A DNA stretch of 64,000 nucleotides, taken from positions 2,624,001 through 2,688,000 of the forward strand of contig NZ_JAQNDL010000003.1 in NCBI RefSeq assembly GCF_028368995.1, read 5' to 3'. This DNA is from Nannocystis bainbridge. GTDB lineage: Bacteria > Myxococcota_A > Polyangia > Nannocystales > Nannocystaceae. Positions 46,919-62,468 of this stretch are shown in pieces (position 1 is the first letter of the stretch; the number at the start of each line of letters is the position of its first letter). The notes beneath the pieces are model-generated. The model made no database searches. It saw nothing but the letters and a program-made list of their open reading frames with translations, and was not told the origin of the DNA. The position numbers and the translations under genes are program-made.

Positions 46919-48163
46919 ATGGCGACCGGCCCCGAAATCGCGTCACCGCCCGAAAGTCCGCCGCCGCCGGGCCACTCGCGCGCGCTGGCGACGGTGTGGT
47001 TCACGCTCTTCCTCGACCTGGTGTCGTTCGGGATCGTCATCCCGGTGCTGCCCTTCTACGCCAAGAGCACCGGCGCGTCGGAGGGCCTGATCGCGCTGCT
47101 GGCGACCGCGTACTCGGCGGCGCAGTTCGTGATGTCGCCGGTGCTCGGCCGCCTCAGCGATCGCCACGGCCGACGCCCGGTGATGCTGATCTCGATCGCC
47201 GGCAGCACGATGGCGATGCTGACCCTCGGGTTCGCGCAGGCGCTGTGGATGCTGTTCCTGTCGCGCACGATCAGCGGGGTGTGCAACGCCAACGTGTCGA
47301 CCGCGTACGCCTACGTGGCCGACCGCGTGCCGCCGCACCAGCGCGCCCGCTACATGGGCATGATGGGCACCGCGGTCGGCCTCGGCTTCATCGTCGGGCC
47401 GTCGCTCGGCGGCCTGCTGGCGCGCGCCGACTGGCCGCAGTTCCCGTTCTTCGTCGGCGCGGGGCTCAGCCTGCTCAACTTCTTGATGGCGCTGGTGTGG
47501 CTGCCCGAGAGCCACCGCCAGCGCGCGGCCGCCAGCGCCGGTCCGCCGCCGCCGCGCCCGTCGCTGCTGGCGGTGGCCCGCGATCGCACGTTCTGGCGCA
47601 GCCAGATCGGCGTGATGGTGACGGTCTACTTCGCCTTCTTCTGCGCCTTTGCGGCCATGGAGGCGACCTTCGCCCTGTTCACCGAGGCCTGCTTCGGCTG
47701 GGGCGAGCAGCAGACCGGCCGGTTCTTCGCGTTCGTCGGCACGGTCATCGTCCTGTTCCAGGGCTTCCTGGTCGGCCGCGCGGTGGCCCGCCTCGGCGAG
47801 CGCCGCACGCTGGCCTCCGGCCTGATGATGAGCACCACCGGCTTCGTGCTGCTGTGCATGTCGCCGTCGTGGCTGTTCGTGCTGTTCGGCGGGTTCTTCA
47901 TCGCCGGCGGCAACGGCCTCATCATGCCGAGCATGTCGGCCCTGGTGTCGCGCAACAGCACCAGCGAGAACCAGGGCATCAACGCCGGCTTCACCCAGTC
48001 GGCCGGCGCGCTCGGGCGCATCGCCGGGCCGATGATCGCGGGGGTCCTGTTCGAGGTGGTCGGGCCGCGCGCGCCGATGGGCTCGTCGGCGCTGCTGGTG
48101 GTGCTGGTGTGCGTGATGGTGCTGGCGCGGGTCCACGAGCAGCGCCCCGAGCCCGGGCGCTGA
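46919..48163 (+). CDS. MFS transporter (TetA-like)
   Basis: Motif A GRLSDRHGRRPV, GFIVGPSLGG and 12 TM segments. Confidence 0.92.
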   Translation: MATGPEIASPPESPPPPGHSRALATVWFTLFLDLVSFGIVIPVLPFYAKSTGASEGLIALLATAYSAAQFVMSPVLGRLSDRHGRRPVMLISIAGSTMAMLTLGFAQALWMLFLSRTISGVCNANVSTAYAYVADRVPPHQRARYMGMMGTAVGLGFIVGPSLGGLLARADWPQFPFFVGAGLSLLNFLMALVWLPESHRQRAAASAGPPPPRPSLLAVARDRTFWRSQIGVMVTVYFAFFCAFAAMEATFALFTEACFGWGEQQTGRFFAFVGTVIVLFQGFLVGRAVARLGERRTLASGLMMSTTGFVLLCMSPSWLFVLFGGFFIAGGNGLIMPSMSALVSRNSTSENQGINAGFTQSAGALGRIAGPMIAGVLFEVVGPRAPMGSSALLVVLVCVMVLARVHEQRPEPGR

Positions 48164-48167
48164 GGTC

Positions 48168-48860
48168 CTAGCGATCGCGCTGCAGCCGGCCGTCCTCGCC
48201 CCAGCTCGAGGTGCGATAGGCGACGAGGCCGCTGCCGGGATGGTGCCGGTCGGGGTGAATGGTGCGCACGTGGACGTGCTGCGACGGACCCCAGCCGAAC
48301 CCGAGCGAGAGCCGGCCGATCGTCAGCGCCTCGGTGGTCGCGCCGAGCAGCCGCAGCTTCGCGTCGTCGCGGCTGACGCCGGCGAAGTAGCCCTCCTGCG
48401 CCTGCAAGACGGTGTGCACGAGGTGGGCCGGCGCGTCGCCGCGCGCACGGGCCCGCGACCACACGAGCGCCGCGAGCTCGTCGAGCCGGTCGTAGCGGAC
48501 CACCACGAACGAGGCGACGCGACAGACGAAGGTGTCGTCGCCGGCGAACACCACCTCGGCCTCGACCTCGACGGGCACGCGCACGCCGTCGGGGCCCTCG
48601 ACGAACAGGTCGCCGCGCGTCGACTCGAGCCGCAGCTCGGCGCCGGCCGAGAAGTCGGTCGGGCCGACCGGGGTGACGATCGTCGGCCAGTCGCGCAGAT
48701 CCGCCCCCCAGCGGTCGAGGTGATGGTGCGCGACGAAGCGCTCGTGATCGAAGCTGCCGACGTCGCCGAGCCGCAGCTCGCCGGAGAACGGCGGCCACGC
48801 CCCGAAGCCCAGCTCCATGACGCGGCTCGTGTGACGATTCCAGGCGCTGGACAGACTCAT
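48168..48860 (-). CDS. Hypothetical beta-rich protein, candidate gasdermin-like pore former
   Basis: GAGGG RBS; G..WPP....LGDVG, alternating beta strands, LVHTVLQAQ and C-terminal LVAYR. The CDS is well supported; the fold is inferred. Confidence 0.6.
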   Translation of the reverse strand: MSLSSAWNRHTSRVMELGFGAWPPFSGELRLGDVGSFDHERFVAHHHLDRWGADLRDWPTIVTPVGPTDFSAGAELRLESTRGDLFVEGPDGVRVPVEVEAEVVFAGDDTFVCRVASFVVVRYDRLDELAALVWSRARARGDAPAHLVHTVLQAQEGYFAGVSRDDAKLRLLGATTEALTIGRLSLGFGWGPSQHVHVRTIHPDRHHPGSGLVAYRTSSWGEDGRLQRDR

Positions 48861-48946
48861 CGATCCCTCGTACGAGGCATAGCAATCGCCCGCGTGATCG
48901 CCTGTATCACTCGAGAATTTTTTCGCAGCGATTACGCTTCGCATAC

Positions 48947-49789
48947 ATGACCCAAATCGACGAGATCACGGCACGCGCCGCCGCCGCCGTGGCCACCGCG
49001 GACGCGCTCCTGATCTGCGCAGGCGCCGGCATGGGCGTCGATTCCGGGTTGCCCGACTTTCGCGGGCCCGAGGGCTTCTGGCGCGCGTATCCGGCGGCCC
49101 GCGAGCTCGGGCTCCAGTTCCACGACCTCGCCGACCCGCGGTGGTTCACCCGCGATCCGGCCCTCGCCTGGGGCTTCTACGGCCACCGCCTGAACCTGTA
49201 TCGCGCGACAGCGCCGCACGCCGGCTTCGCGCTGCTCCGGCGCTGGGCCGCGCGCACGCCCGCGGGGGCGTTCGTCTACACGTCGAACGTGGACGGGCAG
49301 TTCCAGCGCGCGGGCTTCTCCGAGGCGCAGGTCGAAGAGTGCCACGGATCGATCTTGCACCTGCAATGTCTGCAGGGCTGCGACCTGCCGCCCTGGCCCG
49401 TCCCGCAGGCGGCCGTGTCGGTCGATGTCGCGACGCTGCGCGCCGCCCCTCCGTTCTTCACGTGCCCGCGCTGCGCCGGGCTGGCCCGCCCCAACATCAT
49501 GATGTTCAGCGATTTCGCGTGGGACTCGACCCGCGCGAACGAGCAGCGCGAACGCTCGCGCGCGTGGCTGCAGGCGCAGGAGCAGGCGGGCGCGCGCGTG
49601 GCGGTGATCTGCCTCGGCTCGGGCACCGCGATCCAGACGGTGCGCCTGACGGCCGAACGCGCGGCCCGTCGCCCCGGCAATACGCTGATCCGCATCAACC
49701 CCCGCGACCCATGGGTGCCGAGCGGCCAGCTCTCGCTGGCCACGGGGGCGCTCGCAGGCCTGACGGCGATCGACGCAGCGCTGGGCTGA
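48947..49789 (+). CDS. Sirtuin (Sir2) NAD-dependent deacylase
   Basis: GAGMGVDSGLPDFRG, SNVDG, ECHGS, Zn-binding cysteines, RPNI and RINP. Confidence 0.92.
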   Translation: MTQIDEITARAAAAVATADALLICAGAGMGVDSGLPDFRGPEGFWRAYPAARELGLQFHDLADPRWFTRDPALAWGFYGHRLNLYRATAPHAGFALLRRWAARTPAGAFVYTSNVDGQFQRAGFSEAQVEECHGSILHLQCLQGCDLPPWPVPQAAVSVDVATLRAAPPFFTCPRCAGLARPNIMMFSDFAWDSTRANEQRERSRAWLQAQEQAGARVAVICLGSGTAIQTVRLTAERAARRPGNTLIRINPRDPWVPSGQLSLATGALAGLTAIDAALG

Positions 49790-49824
49790 TCCCCGCGTTC
49801 TTTAATAATTGAGGTATGCCTGAA

Positions 49825-49950
49825 CGACATGTCTCTCGAGACATGTGACGTGCATCGGCGCCTGCGATCACGGGGTGCTGTGAATGATGTCACCGCGGCG
49901 CGGAGCCGGGCCTGCGCAGTCCCAGCATTCATGTCCTTTCAGACATGTGT
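49825..49950. repeat. Two GACATG pairs at 14-bp spacing
   Basis: Cores at 49828/49842 and 49930/49944; the second pair lies in the 3' end of the UDG gene. Confidence 0.75.
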
Positions 49951-50609
49951 CGATCGGTCCTGTCACTCGCTGCGGCGCACGCCGTCTCGGCGCGGCCGGT
50001 GAACGCGGCGACGAAGGCCGGGTGGCGGGCGATGAGGGCCAGGGCGCGGGCCAGGAGGGTGCGGCCGGGCTCGACGCGGTGCCAGGTCGAGGCGCCGCTC
50101 GGGTGCGGCAGGCAGATCGCGTCGGCCTCGACCCCGTGCCAGCGGACCCGCCGGGCCTCGCCGATCACCTCGACCAGCGGGCCCTTGTGGCCGAGGACTT
50201 GCTCGATCGCCACGCCGCCGACCGGGATCACGAGCCGCGGCTGCAGGATGTCGACCTCGCCGGCCAGGAATTGTTGGCAGCGCGCCATCTCGTCGCGGTC
50301 CGGCTTGCGGTCGCCGCCGCCGCCCGCCTTGCCGGGGAAGCAGCGCGCGACCGCCGACATGTACACGCTGTCGCGGAACTCCTGCTCGCTGCGACCGGCG
50401 GCGGCCTCGAACCAGCGGAACAGGGTCTTGCCGGCCGTCCACGCGAACGGTCGCCCGAACCCGCCCTCGCGCGGACCGGGTGCCTGGCCGACGAGCAGCA
50501 CGGGCGTGACGATCGGCGGGCCGTGCACGACGGGGCCGATCATCGCCGGGCAGGCCGTGCACGCCTCCAGCTGTCGGTGCAGCACGGTCAGTCGAGTTCG
50601 CGGGTCCAT
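49929..50609 (-). CDS. Uracil-DNA glycosylase family protein
   Basis: CTAC, VGQAPG, RCFPG and LPHPSG motifs. Confidence 0.9.
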   Translation of the reverse strand: MDPRTRLTVLHRQLEACTACPAMIGPVVHGPPIVTPVLLVGQAPGPREGGFGRPFAWTAGKTLFRWFEAAAGRSEQEFRDSVYMSAVARCFPGKAGGGGDRKPDRDEMARCQQFLAGEVDILQPRLVIPVGGVAIEQVLGHKGPLVEVIGEARRVRWHGVEADAICLPHPSGASTWHRVEPGRTLLARALALIARHPAFVAAFTGRAETACAAASDRTDRHMSERT

Positions 50610-50841
50610 CGTGGGGCGTCGCGCGGCAGTGTGAATCACGCCTCGTGGGCGCGCCAGCGCGCACGCGAGGACTCACGCGCGCGCGGCCCTGCCGCCGCTG
50701 CCCGCGGTGCGGGCGTCGGCGACGGGCTTCACCTGGCCCGAGGACCATCCGTGAGCGGCGTACTCTGCCTGTCCCAAAGGCCAGCTACGTCGCGGCTTCA
50801 GTCTGTCGCGCCAGGGCGGACTGGCAATGATACGACCTGGC

Positions 50842-51165
50842 CTAACGGCCAGCTTCGTTGGCCGCCAGCGCGGAGGCATGGTTCTCGACCAGCGCGACCA
50901 GGCGCGACAGGCCGAGCTTGCGCACCAGCACGGCGGGCCGCGAGCGCTCGCGGAGCAGCCGGCGGGTGGTCTGCACGGCGACGTGGCTGTTGACCTCGGT
51001 GACGATGACGACGAGGTCGCTGCGGTCGACCAATCGCTCGAGCTCGAGCGAGGCGCTGCCCCGCATGTAGCCGGTGTGGTGCTCGACCTCGTGGCCCATC
51101 GCGCGCACAGCGCGCTGGTAGCTCTGTTCGCTCCGATCGAGGCCGCCGACGATGCCCACGCGCAT
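50842..51165 (-). CDS. DUF2325-family protein
   Basis: MRVGIVGG...HHTG...SDLVVIVTEVNSH pattern. Confidence 0.8.
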   Translation of the reverse strand: MRVGIVGGLDRSEQSYQRAVRAMGHEVEHHTGYMRGSASLELERLVDRSDLVVIVTEVNSHVAVQTTRRLLRERSRPAVLVRKLGLSRLVALVENHASALAANEAGR

Positions 51166-51500
51166 GCCACTACAGTATTTCATCAAAATGGAATTTTCAA
51201 GTTGCTGAACGTCCCGGGCGGCTCCGGGCGAGGCCGCCGCCCGGCGGCGCCTGCGGCTCCAGAGGCTCCAGAGGGCCGAGAACCGGGCGTTGCACAAAAG
51301 ATAAGCGGGCTGAGCCGGCTCCATGGCACGAGAGGAATTTCCGCTATTCTGAAGAACGTGCGATCCCCCGCCCCGCCGCCATGCTGACCCTGCTCCTCGT
51401 AAGCCTCTGGCGCGCCCACTGCCGCCGTCGCCGCGCGGCCGCCGCAGGGGCCGCTTGAGCGCTTTGCGCGAGGCCGCGCGGGGTCTAGGGCGCGAGGGCT

Positions 51501-54278
<2,778 letters not shown>

Positions 54279-54294
54279 CAGCTACCTCGAAGAA

Positions 54295-57021
<2,727 letters not shown>

Positions 57022-57025
57022 ATCC

Positions 57026-58000
57026 TCAGGGTACGATCTTGCCGCTCTGAATCAAACCGCCGGAAGCGAACGGAGCGCCGCAGGTCGGGATGCTGCAGCC
57101 GAGCGCCGGGAGCGGCAAACGGCTGTTGCTCGGATTCAGACAGACCGCGCCGTTCGGTCCCCACTCAGCCTCGACGACGTAGGGCTTGTTCGGGTCGACG
57201 TTCTGGATGCCGATCTGATCGAGGACGTGGATCGGCGTGCCGAGCAACGTGTGCGACTGTCCGTCGCCGCAGTAGTCCGCGCGCAACATTCGTGTACAGG
57301 CCTGATGGTAGTCGGCCAGCGACGTGCCGTTCTTGCTCGCCCACGGGCGGTAGCCGAACAGCACGCACTTGGCGAGACCGCCGTCTTTGCAGGCGAACGT
57401 GATCGCCTTGTCGGGCCTCGGCGAGACCTTCGCGCCGGTGGCCGGATCCCAGACGTCGTTCAGGAGCAACGCCCGAGTGCGCTTGCCCGCCTGGTCGATG
57501 CACAGCGGATCGTTGTGCAGCGAGACCTGGAGATCCATGTCGTACTCCCACACGTCCGAGAAGCCGGCCACAGGATAAGCGAACTTGAGCCAGACATACT
57601 TCCAGTAGGTCGTCGCGCCTTCCTTCACCTTGAAGTCGAAGGTCGTGTCCTCGACCTCCCAGTCGGTGTAGCCGCCGACATTGAGCATCCCGCCCACCAG
57701 CGAGCCGGTGTTCACATAGTCGCCGTCGGGCAGCCAGATGTCGTAGAGCTGGATGTAGTCGGTCTGGCTCCCGTCCCGGTAGAGCTTCGTGTTATTGAGC
57801 CTGCTGCCGTTGAGGTTCCAACCGTTGAGGTTCCAGCCGTTGAGGTTCCAGCCGTTCTCATGGGCGCTGCGCGTCCGAACGGCCTCTTCTTCGCCGAAGC
57901 CCGCTCCCTCGTCTTCCCCATCCACCCCGTCGCAGCCGAGACACCCGAACGCGAGCACCACCGCACCACTCACCACCACCACGCCAGTCTTGAACGCCAT
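57026..58000 (-). CDS. ADYC-domain lipoprotein with NGWNL pentapeptide repeats
   Basis: ACTRMLRADYCGDG, AKCV.FGYRPW, EAEW...GAVC and (NGWNL)x3; GGAG RBS. Confidence 0.88.
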   Translation of the reverse strand: MAFKTGVVVVSGAVVLAFGCLGCDGVDGEDEGAGFGEEEAVRTRSAHENGWNLNGWNLNGWNLNGSRLNNTKLYRDGSQTDYIQLYDIWLPDGDYVNTGSLVGGMLNVGGYTDWEVEDTTFDFKVKEGATTYWKYVWLKFAYPVAGFSDVWEYDMDLQVSLHNDPLCIDQAGKRTRALLLNDVWDPATGAKVSPRPDKAITFACKDGGLAKCVLFGYRPWASKNGTSLADYHQACTRMLRADYCGDGQSHTLLGTPIHVLDQIGIQNVDPNKPYVVEAEWGPNGAVCLNPSNSRLPLPALGCSIPTCGAPFASGGLIQSGKIVP

Positions 58001-58204
58001 CGTTCTCTCCTCCGCGAAAAGAAAACCGCTTATCTTCGATCCTATCCGTCGCTGCCGGCGGCGTGAAGGCTCGGGGGCTGGGCGAGAACGCGCGTGCGTG
58101 ATTCACGGGCTTTTGCGGCTGCCTGGGGGGTTTGGGGTCGGCTCACGTCGAGACGTGGCGCGCCGCGGGTCGCTCCTTCTATGATGGGGGGGACCTCTGC
58201 TGCG

Positions 58205-59641
58205 ATGACGACCCGCGACGACCCCGCGCGACGAGAAGGACGCTCCGCAAGTGTGGTGTCGTCGCGTGACAACGGTTCGCGTTGGACGCTGGTGATCGTC
58301 GGCCTCGCCTTGCTCGTGGGAGTCGCGACCACGGCGGCGGACGAACATCGTTTGACCGTCGTCGTGATCGGCGCGCTCCTCCTCGGGGGGCACCTCGCGG
58401 CGACGGTGTACCTGGGGCATGGCGAGGTTTCACGGGTTCGCATCGGGGCGTCGCTCTGGACAGTGATCGTCGGCGCCCTGGCGATCGCCGCGCCGAGCGT
58501 CGCTGGCGCGTCGACGCCGTTTTGGTGTTTGCTGCTCCCAGTGGTCGTCGTCTCCGTGCACGCCACCAGCGCCGCTACGGGGATCACCGCCACCGCGCTC
58601 GGGGCGGCCGCGGGTGCGGGCCTCTTCATCGCGGGCGCAGGATCGATCGCGTGGTTGGCGGCCGCCGCGATCGCCGGGGTCGGTCTGCTCGCGGCTGCCG
58701 AGCAGCGCCGCGGTCAGGTGCGGGACGACGACCTCCGGCGCCGCGAGGGCGAGCTCGCCGGCGTGCGGGCCGAGTTGCGAGATCTCCGGAGCCAGCACGT
58801 CGCCGGCGCCGAGGGGCGGCTCGTCGCCTTGACCCGCGCCAACCAGGCCCTGCAGTCCGAGGTCGAGCGCGGGCGGCGGGTCCTCGAGGAGGCGCTCGAC
58901 GCCAGTCGGACCAAGACCTCCTTCCTCCTCAAGATCAGCCACGAGCTGCGCACCCCGCTCAACGCGATCGTCGGTTACACCGAGCTGCTGCTCGAGCACC
59001 CGGAGGAGGCCGAGGCGGCCGAGCTCAAGGCCGACCTCACGCGGATCCTCGGGGCCGCGCACGAGCTGCTGGCGCTGATCGACAGCGTGCTCGACCTGGC
59101 CCGGCTCGAGGCCGGCAAGTTCGAGCTGCACATCGAAGAGTTCCCGCTGCTCGACCTGGTCCACGAGTGCGTCGCCGCCGTCACGCCGCTGGCCGAGCGC
59201 GGGCGCAACAAGCTCAAGCTCAAGCTCTCGCGCGAGCTCGGCACCATCCGCAGCGACCGCACGCGCCTGCGGCAGGTGCTCATGCAGCTCATGGGCAACG
59301 CCTGCAAGTTCACCCACGGCGGCCTCGTCGAGCTGCGCGTCGAGCCGATGGTCACCATGACCGGCCCGGTCTACCTCCTCAGCGTGCGCGACAACGGCGT
59401 CGGCATCGAGCCGGGCTACATGCCGCGGATCTTCACCCCGTTCTCGCAGGCCGACGACTCGCCGACCCGCCGCTTCGGCGGCCTCGGCGTCGGCCTCGCG
59501 CTGTGCCGCCACTACTGCACTTTGCTCGGCGGCGACATCACCGTCGAGAGCGAGCTCGGCAAGGGCTCGGTGTTCCGCGTGCAGGTGCCGGCGTTCGTCC
59601 GCGACCCGCGCGACGCCAGCGTCCTCGTCTCGGCCTTCTGA
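58205..59641 (+). CDS. Membrane sensor histidine kinase
   Basis: SHELRTPLN, GNACKF, DNGVGI, F.PFSQAD and GLGVGL; N-terminal TM segments. Confidence 0.92.
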   Translation: MTTRDDPARREGRSASVVSSRDNGSRWTLVIVGLALLVGVATTAADEHRLTVVVIGALLLGGHLAATVYLGHGEVSRVRIGASLWTVIVGALAIAAPSVAGASTPFWCLLLPVVVVSVHATSAATGITATALGAAAGAGLFIAGAGSIAWLAAAAIAGVGLLAAAEQRRGQVRDDDLRRREGELAGVRAELRDLRSQHVAGAEGRLVALTRANQALQSEVERGRRVLEEALDASRTKTSFLLKISHELRTPLNAIVGYTELLLEHPEEAEAAELKADLTRILGAAHELLALIDSVLDLARLEAGKFELHIEEFPLLDLVHECVAAVTPLAERGRNKLKLKLSRELGTIRSDRTRLRQVLMQLMGNACKFTHGGLVELRVEPMVTMTGPVYLLSVRDNGVGIEPGYMPRIFTPFSQADDSPTRRFGGLGVGLALCRHYCTLLGGDITVESELGKGSVFRVQVPAFVRDPRDASVLVSAF

Positions 59642-59664
59642 GGCCCCGTCTCACCTGCACTTCC

Positions 59665-59702
59665 GGGCATGTCCTGGGGGACATGCCCTTCGGGACATCG
59701 AC
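59665..59702. repeat. 14-bp-period GACATG array (3 units)
   Basis: Cores at 59668, 59682 and 59696, between convergent genes. Confidence 0.85.
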
Positions 59703-59703
59703 C

Positions 59704-61452
59704 TCACGGCGCGAACACGGCCACGAAGCCGTCGTAGAGGCCCTTGCTCATCACTGGCCCGGCGCCGAAGTCGACCGCGCCGTAGAAGCCGCCCACCAGC
59801 GCCGTCGTGCCGTCGGGGCGGAGGTCGACCCCGTTGCCCTCCTGCTCCATCGCGTCGCCGAGGCCCTTGCTCCACACGTGGCTGCCGGCCGACGTGTACT
59901 TGACGGCGAACGCATCGCGCATCCCGGCCCACGGCAGCACCCCGCCGCCGAAGTCGGTGTCGCTGTAGAAGTGGCCGGCGATCACCAGCGTCCCGCTGGC
60001 GTCGACCGCCAGGTGGGCCGGCCGCACGATGCCGTCGCCGAGCAGCTTCGACCACGCGTGCGCCCCGTCCTCGGCCGCGAACTGGGCCACGAAGCCGCGG
60101 TACATCGGCGCCTCGAGCGGCCCCCCGCCGAAGTCGAGCGACCCGACGAAGTGCCCCGACGTCGTCACCCGGCCCTGTGGGTCGACCGCGATCGCCGACA
60201 GCTTCTGCTCCTTCGGATCGCCCCACGACGCCGCCCACAGCGCCTGGCCCTCGGCGTCGAGCTTGGCCAGGAACACGTCGCTGCTGCCCGCGCTGACCAG
60301 CGGCCCGTTGCCGGGGTCGATCGTGCCCTGGAACGAGCCGCCGACGTACACATTGCCGCCCGCGTCGACCGCCACCGCTCGCGCCTCCTGCTCGGTGTCG
60401 TCGCCGAAGTACACGCTCCACGCGTGCTCGCCCTCGGGCGTGAACTTGGCGACGAACACGTCGATCGAGTCGCCCTGCCCCACCATCTCTCCGCCGCCGA
60501 CGTCGAGCGACAGCTGGAATTGACCGACCAGCGCGATCTCCCCCGTCGCATCGATCGCCAGGTCGCGCGGGATCGCCGTGCCCATCGACGGGAACGACTT
60601 GCTCCACACGTGCTCACCTGCCGCCGACAGCTTGGCCAGGAAGATGTCGCGGTCGCCTGCCGCCGCCAGCGGCTCGCCGCCGAGATCGACCGAGCCGGTG
60701 AAATCACCGGTGATCACGACTTCGTCGTTCGGATCGACCGCCACGCCCCAGCCGTCGCCGAGCTGGGGCGCCGCGTCGCCGAAGCGCTGGCTCCACACGT
60801 GCGCCCCGTCGGCCGCGAACTTGGCGAGGTAGACATCCGAGCTGCCCGCGCTCGCCAGCGGCCCGCCGCCGAAGTCCGACGTCCCCGCGCCCTGCGTCAG
60901 CACGATCACCGCCCCCGTCGAGTCGAACGCCACCGCCACCGCCCGCTGGTCGCTCGGATCGCCCCACTGCGCGTGCCACTGGACCGCCCCGTCGCCCGCG
61001 CACGGATCGACCCCGTCGCAGTCGTCGTCACCGGGCGACTCGCAGGTCTCGGGCGCCGGCATCACGTCGCCGACGCACGCCCCCCACTCGCCGGCCTCGC
61101 AGGCCGCCACGCCCGCGACGCAGTTGCCCACCCCGGCGTGGATCGGGTCGCCGCTGTAACAGCTGTCCTCCTCGCCCGGCTGGCAGGTCGCCGTCTCGGT
61201 CGTGCTGGCTGTCCCTTCGGTCAGGCTCTCCATCGTCGTCGGCGTCGTCGTCGTCGTCGGCGACGAATCCGTCGTCGTCGCCACCGTCGCGCTGTCGCCC
61301 GTGCCGAGCGTCTCGCTCGCGCCGGTCGTCTCGCCGCTCGTGGTCGAGTCGGTCGTCGTGTCTGCGGTGTCGGTCGCGGCCTGTTCGGTGGCGGCGTCGT
61401 CGGTGCCGCAGGCGAGGGCGAGGGCGCAGAGGAGCGGGGCGGAGCGTCGCAT
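59704..61452 (-). CDS. Lipoprotein with Thr stalk, Cys module and beta-propeller repeats
   Basis: Lipobox ALAC; repeated AVD..G.V...G.F.G..DFGGG.L...G..D.F.AK...G.H.WS. Confidence 0.85.
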   Translation of the reverse strand: MRRSAPLLCALALACGTDDAATEQAATDTADTTTDSTTSGETTGASETLGTGDSATVATTTDSSPTTTTTPTTMESLTEGTASTTETATCQPGEEDSCYSGDPIHAGVGNCVAGVAACEAGEWGACVGDVMPAPETCESPGDDDCDGVDPCAGDGAVQWHAQWGDPSDQRAVAVAFDSTGAVIVLTQGAGTSDFGGGPLASAGSSDVYLAKFAADGAHVWSQRFGDAAPQLGDGWGVAVDPNDEVVITGDFTGSVDLGGEPLAAAGDRDIFLAKLSAAGEHVWSKSFPSMGTAIPRDLAIDATGEIALVGQFQLSLDVGGGEMVGQGDSIDVFVAKFTPEGEHAWSVYFGDDTEQEARAVAVDAGGNVYVGGSFQGTIDPGNGPLVSAGSSDVFLAKLDAEGQALWAASWGDPKEQKLSAIAVDPQGRVTTSGHFVGSLDFGGGPLEAPMYRGFVAQFAAEDGAHAWSKLLGDGIVRPAHLAVDASGTLVIAGHFYSDTDFGGGVLPWAGMRDAFAVKYTSAGSHVWSKGLGDAMEQEGNGVDLRPDGTTALVGGFYGAVDFGAGPVMSKGLYDGFVAVFAP

Positions 61453-61550
61453 CGCCGGCTCATACCACACGCGCGGCGGCGCTTCGCGGGGCGCGTCTGC
61501 GGAGGGCGCCGGGTCCCGCCATTCAGAGCGTTTTCGCACGTCGCATCATA

Positions 61551-62468
61551 CTATCGCCGCCGGCGATTCATTGCATACGCGATACCTGCCTTGAGCGACC
61601 CCAGGCTGACGATCGATCCGAGGTCGGCCCCGAGGCTCACCAGCGTCGCCGCCAGCCCCGGGCGGATCCCCGTCAGCACCGCCTCGGCGCCCAGCAGCGC
61701 CGCGCTACGGGCGGCCCGGAGCAGCGCATCGGCCGTCTGCGCGTCGATCTCCGACACGCCTGTAATGTCGAGGATCACCGTGCGCGCCCGCGTCGTCGCC
61801 ACCCCGTCGAGCAGCGTCTGCAGCACCCGCTCGACCCGGCGGGGGTCGAGCGCGCCGATCAGCGGCATCACCACCGTCTCCTCGTCGATCGGGATCAGCG
61901 GGGTCGACAGCGCCAGCAGGGCCTCGTCCTGGGCGCGGATCACCTCCTCGCGCATGCGCATCTCGACCCGCTGGCCCTCCGCCTGCTTGATGTCGGTCTC
62001 GTCCATCGTCACCCCGCGCAGCCCGATCGGCGTCCCGTCGTCGCTGCGGATCAGCGACATCCGGCTCGTGACCCACAATGTGCGGCCGTCGCGGGTGACC
62101 CAGCGGTACGACGATTCGCCGGTGCCGTCCTTGAAGATCGCGTGCGCCTGGCCCAGCGCCTGCTCGCGATCCTCGGGGTGGATCAGCTCGACCCAAAAGT
62201 TGGGCTGCTTCCATTCATCGACCGAATAGCCCGACATCGCATGGATGCGATCGCTGACCCAATCGACGGTCATGCGCTGCGGTGATTGTTCGAAGTAGCT
62301 CTCCCACAGGATGCCCGGGATGTGGGCGACCAGCCCCTCGAGCCGCTCGCGCAGCAGCCGTTCGTAGAGCGCGAGCTGGTGGTTCGCGTGCTCGAGCTCG
62401 GCCACGCGGGCCTGCGCTGCGCCCAGGGCGGCCCGCAGCGCCTCGACTTCGTCCTGTCGTTCCGTCAC
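61551..62468 (-). CDS. PAS-STAS protein (RsbR-like)
   Basis: PAS/PAC (IHPEDR, DG..LWV) plus STAS (LSTPLIP, PLIGALD, ILDITGV, LLGA, TGIRP). Confidence 0.9.
   Translation of the reverse strand: MTERQDEVEALRAALGAAQARVAELEHANHQLALYERLLRERLEGLVAHIPGILWESYFEQSPQRMTVDWVSDRIHAMSGYSVDEWKQPNFWVELIHPEDREQALGQAHAIFKDGTGESSYRWVTRDGRTLWVTSRMSLIRSDDGTPIGLRGVTMDETDIKQAEGQRVEMRMREEVIRAQDEALLALSTPLIPIDEETVVMPLIGALDPRRVERVLQTLLDGVATTRARTVILDITGVSEIDAQTADALLRAARSAALLGAEAVLTGIRPGLAATLVSLGADLGSIVSLGSLKAGIAYAMNRRRR

Noticed and set aside
48947-49789. Sir2 as an anti-phage NADase effector
   Set aside because: It is a single-domain classical sirtuin with Zn-binding cysteines and no fused or adjacent sensor (HerA, pAgo, STAND).
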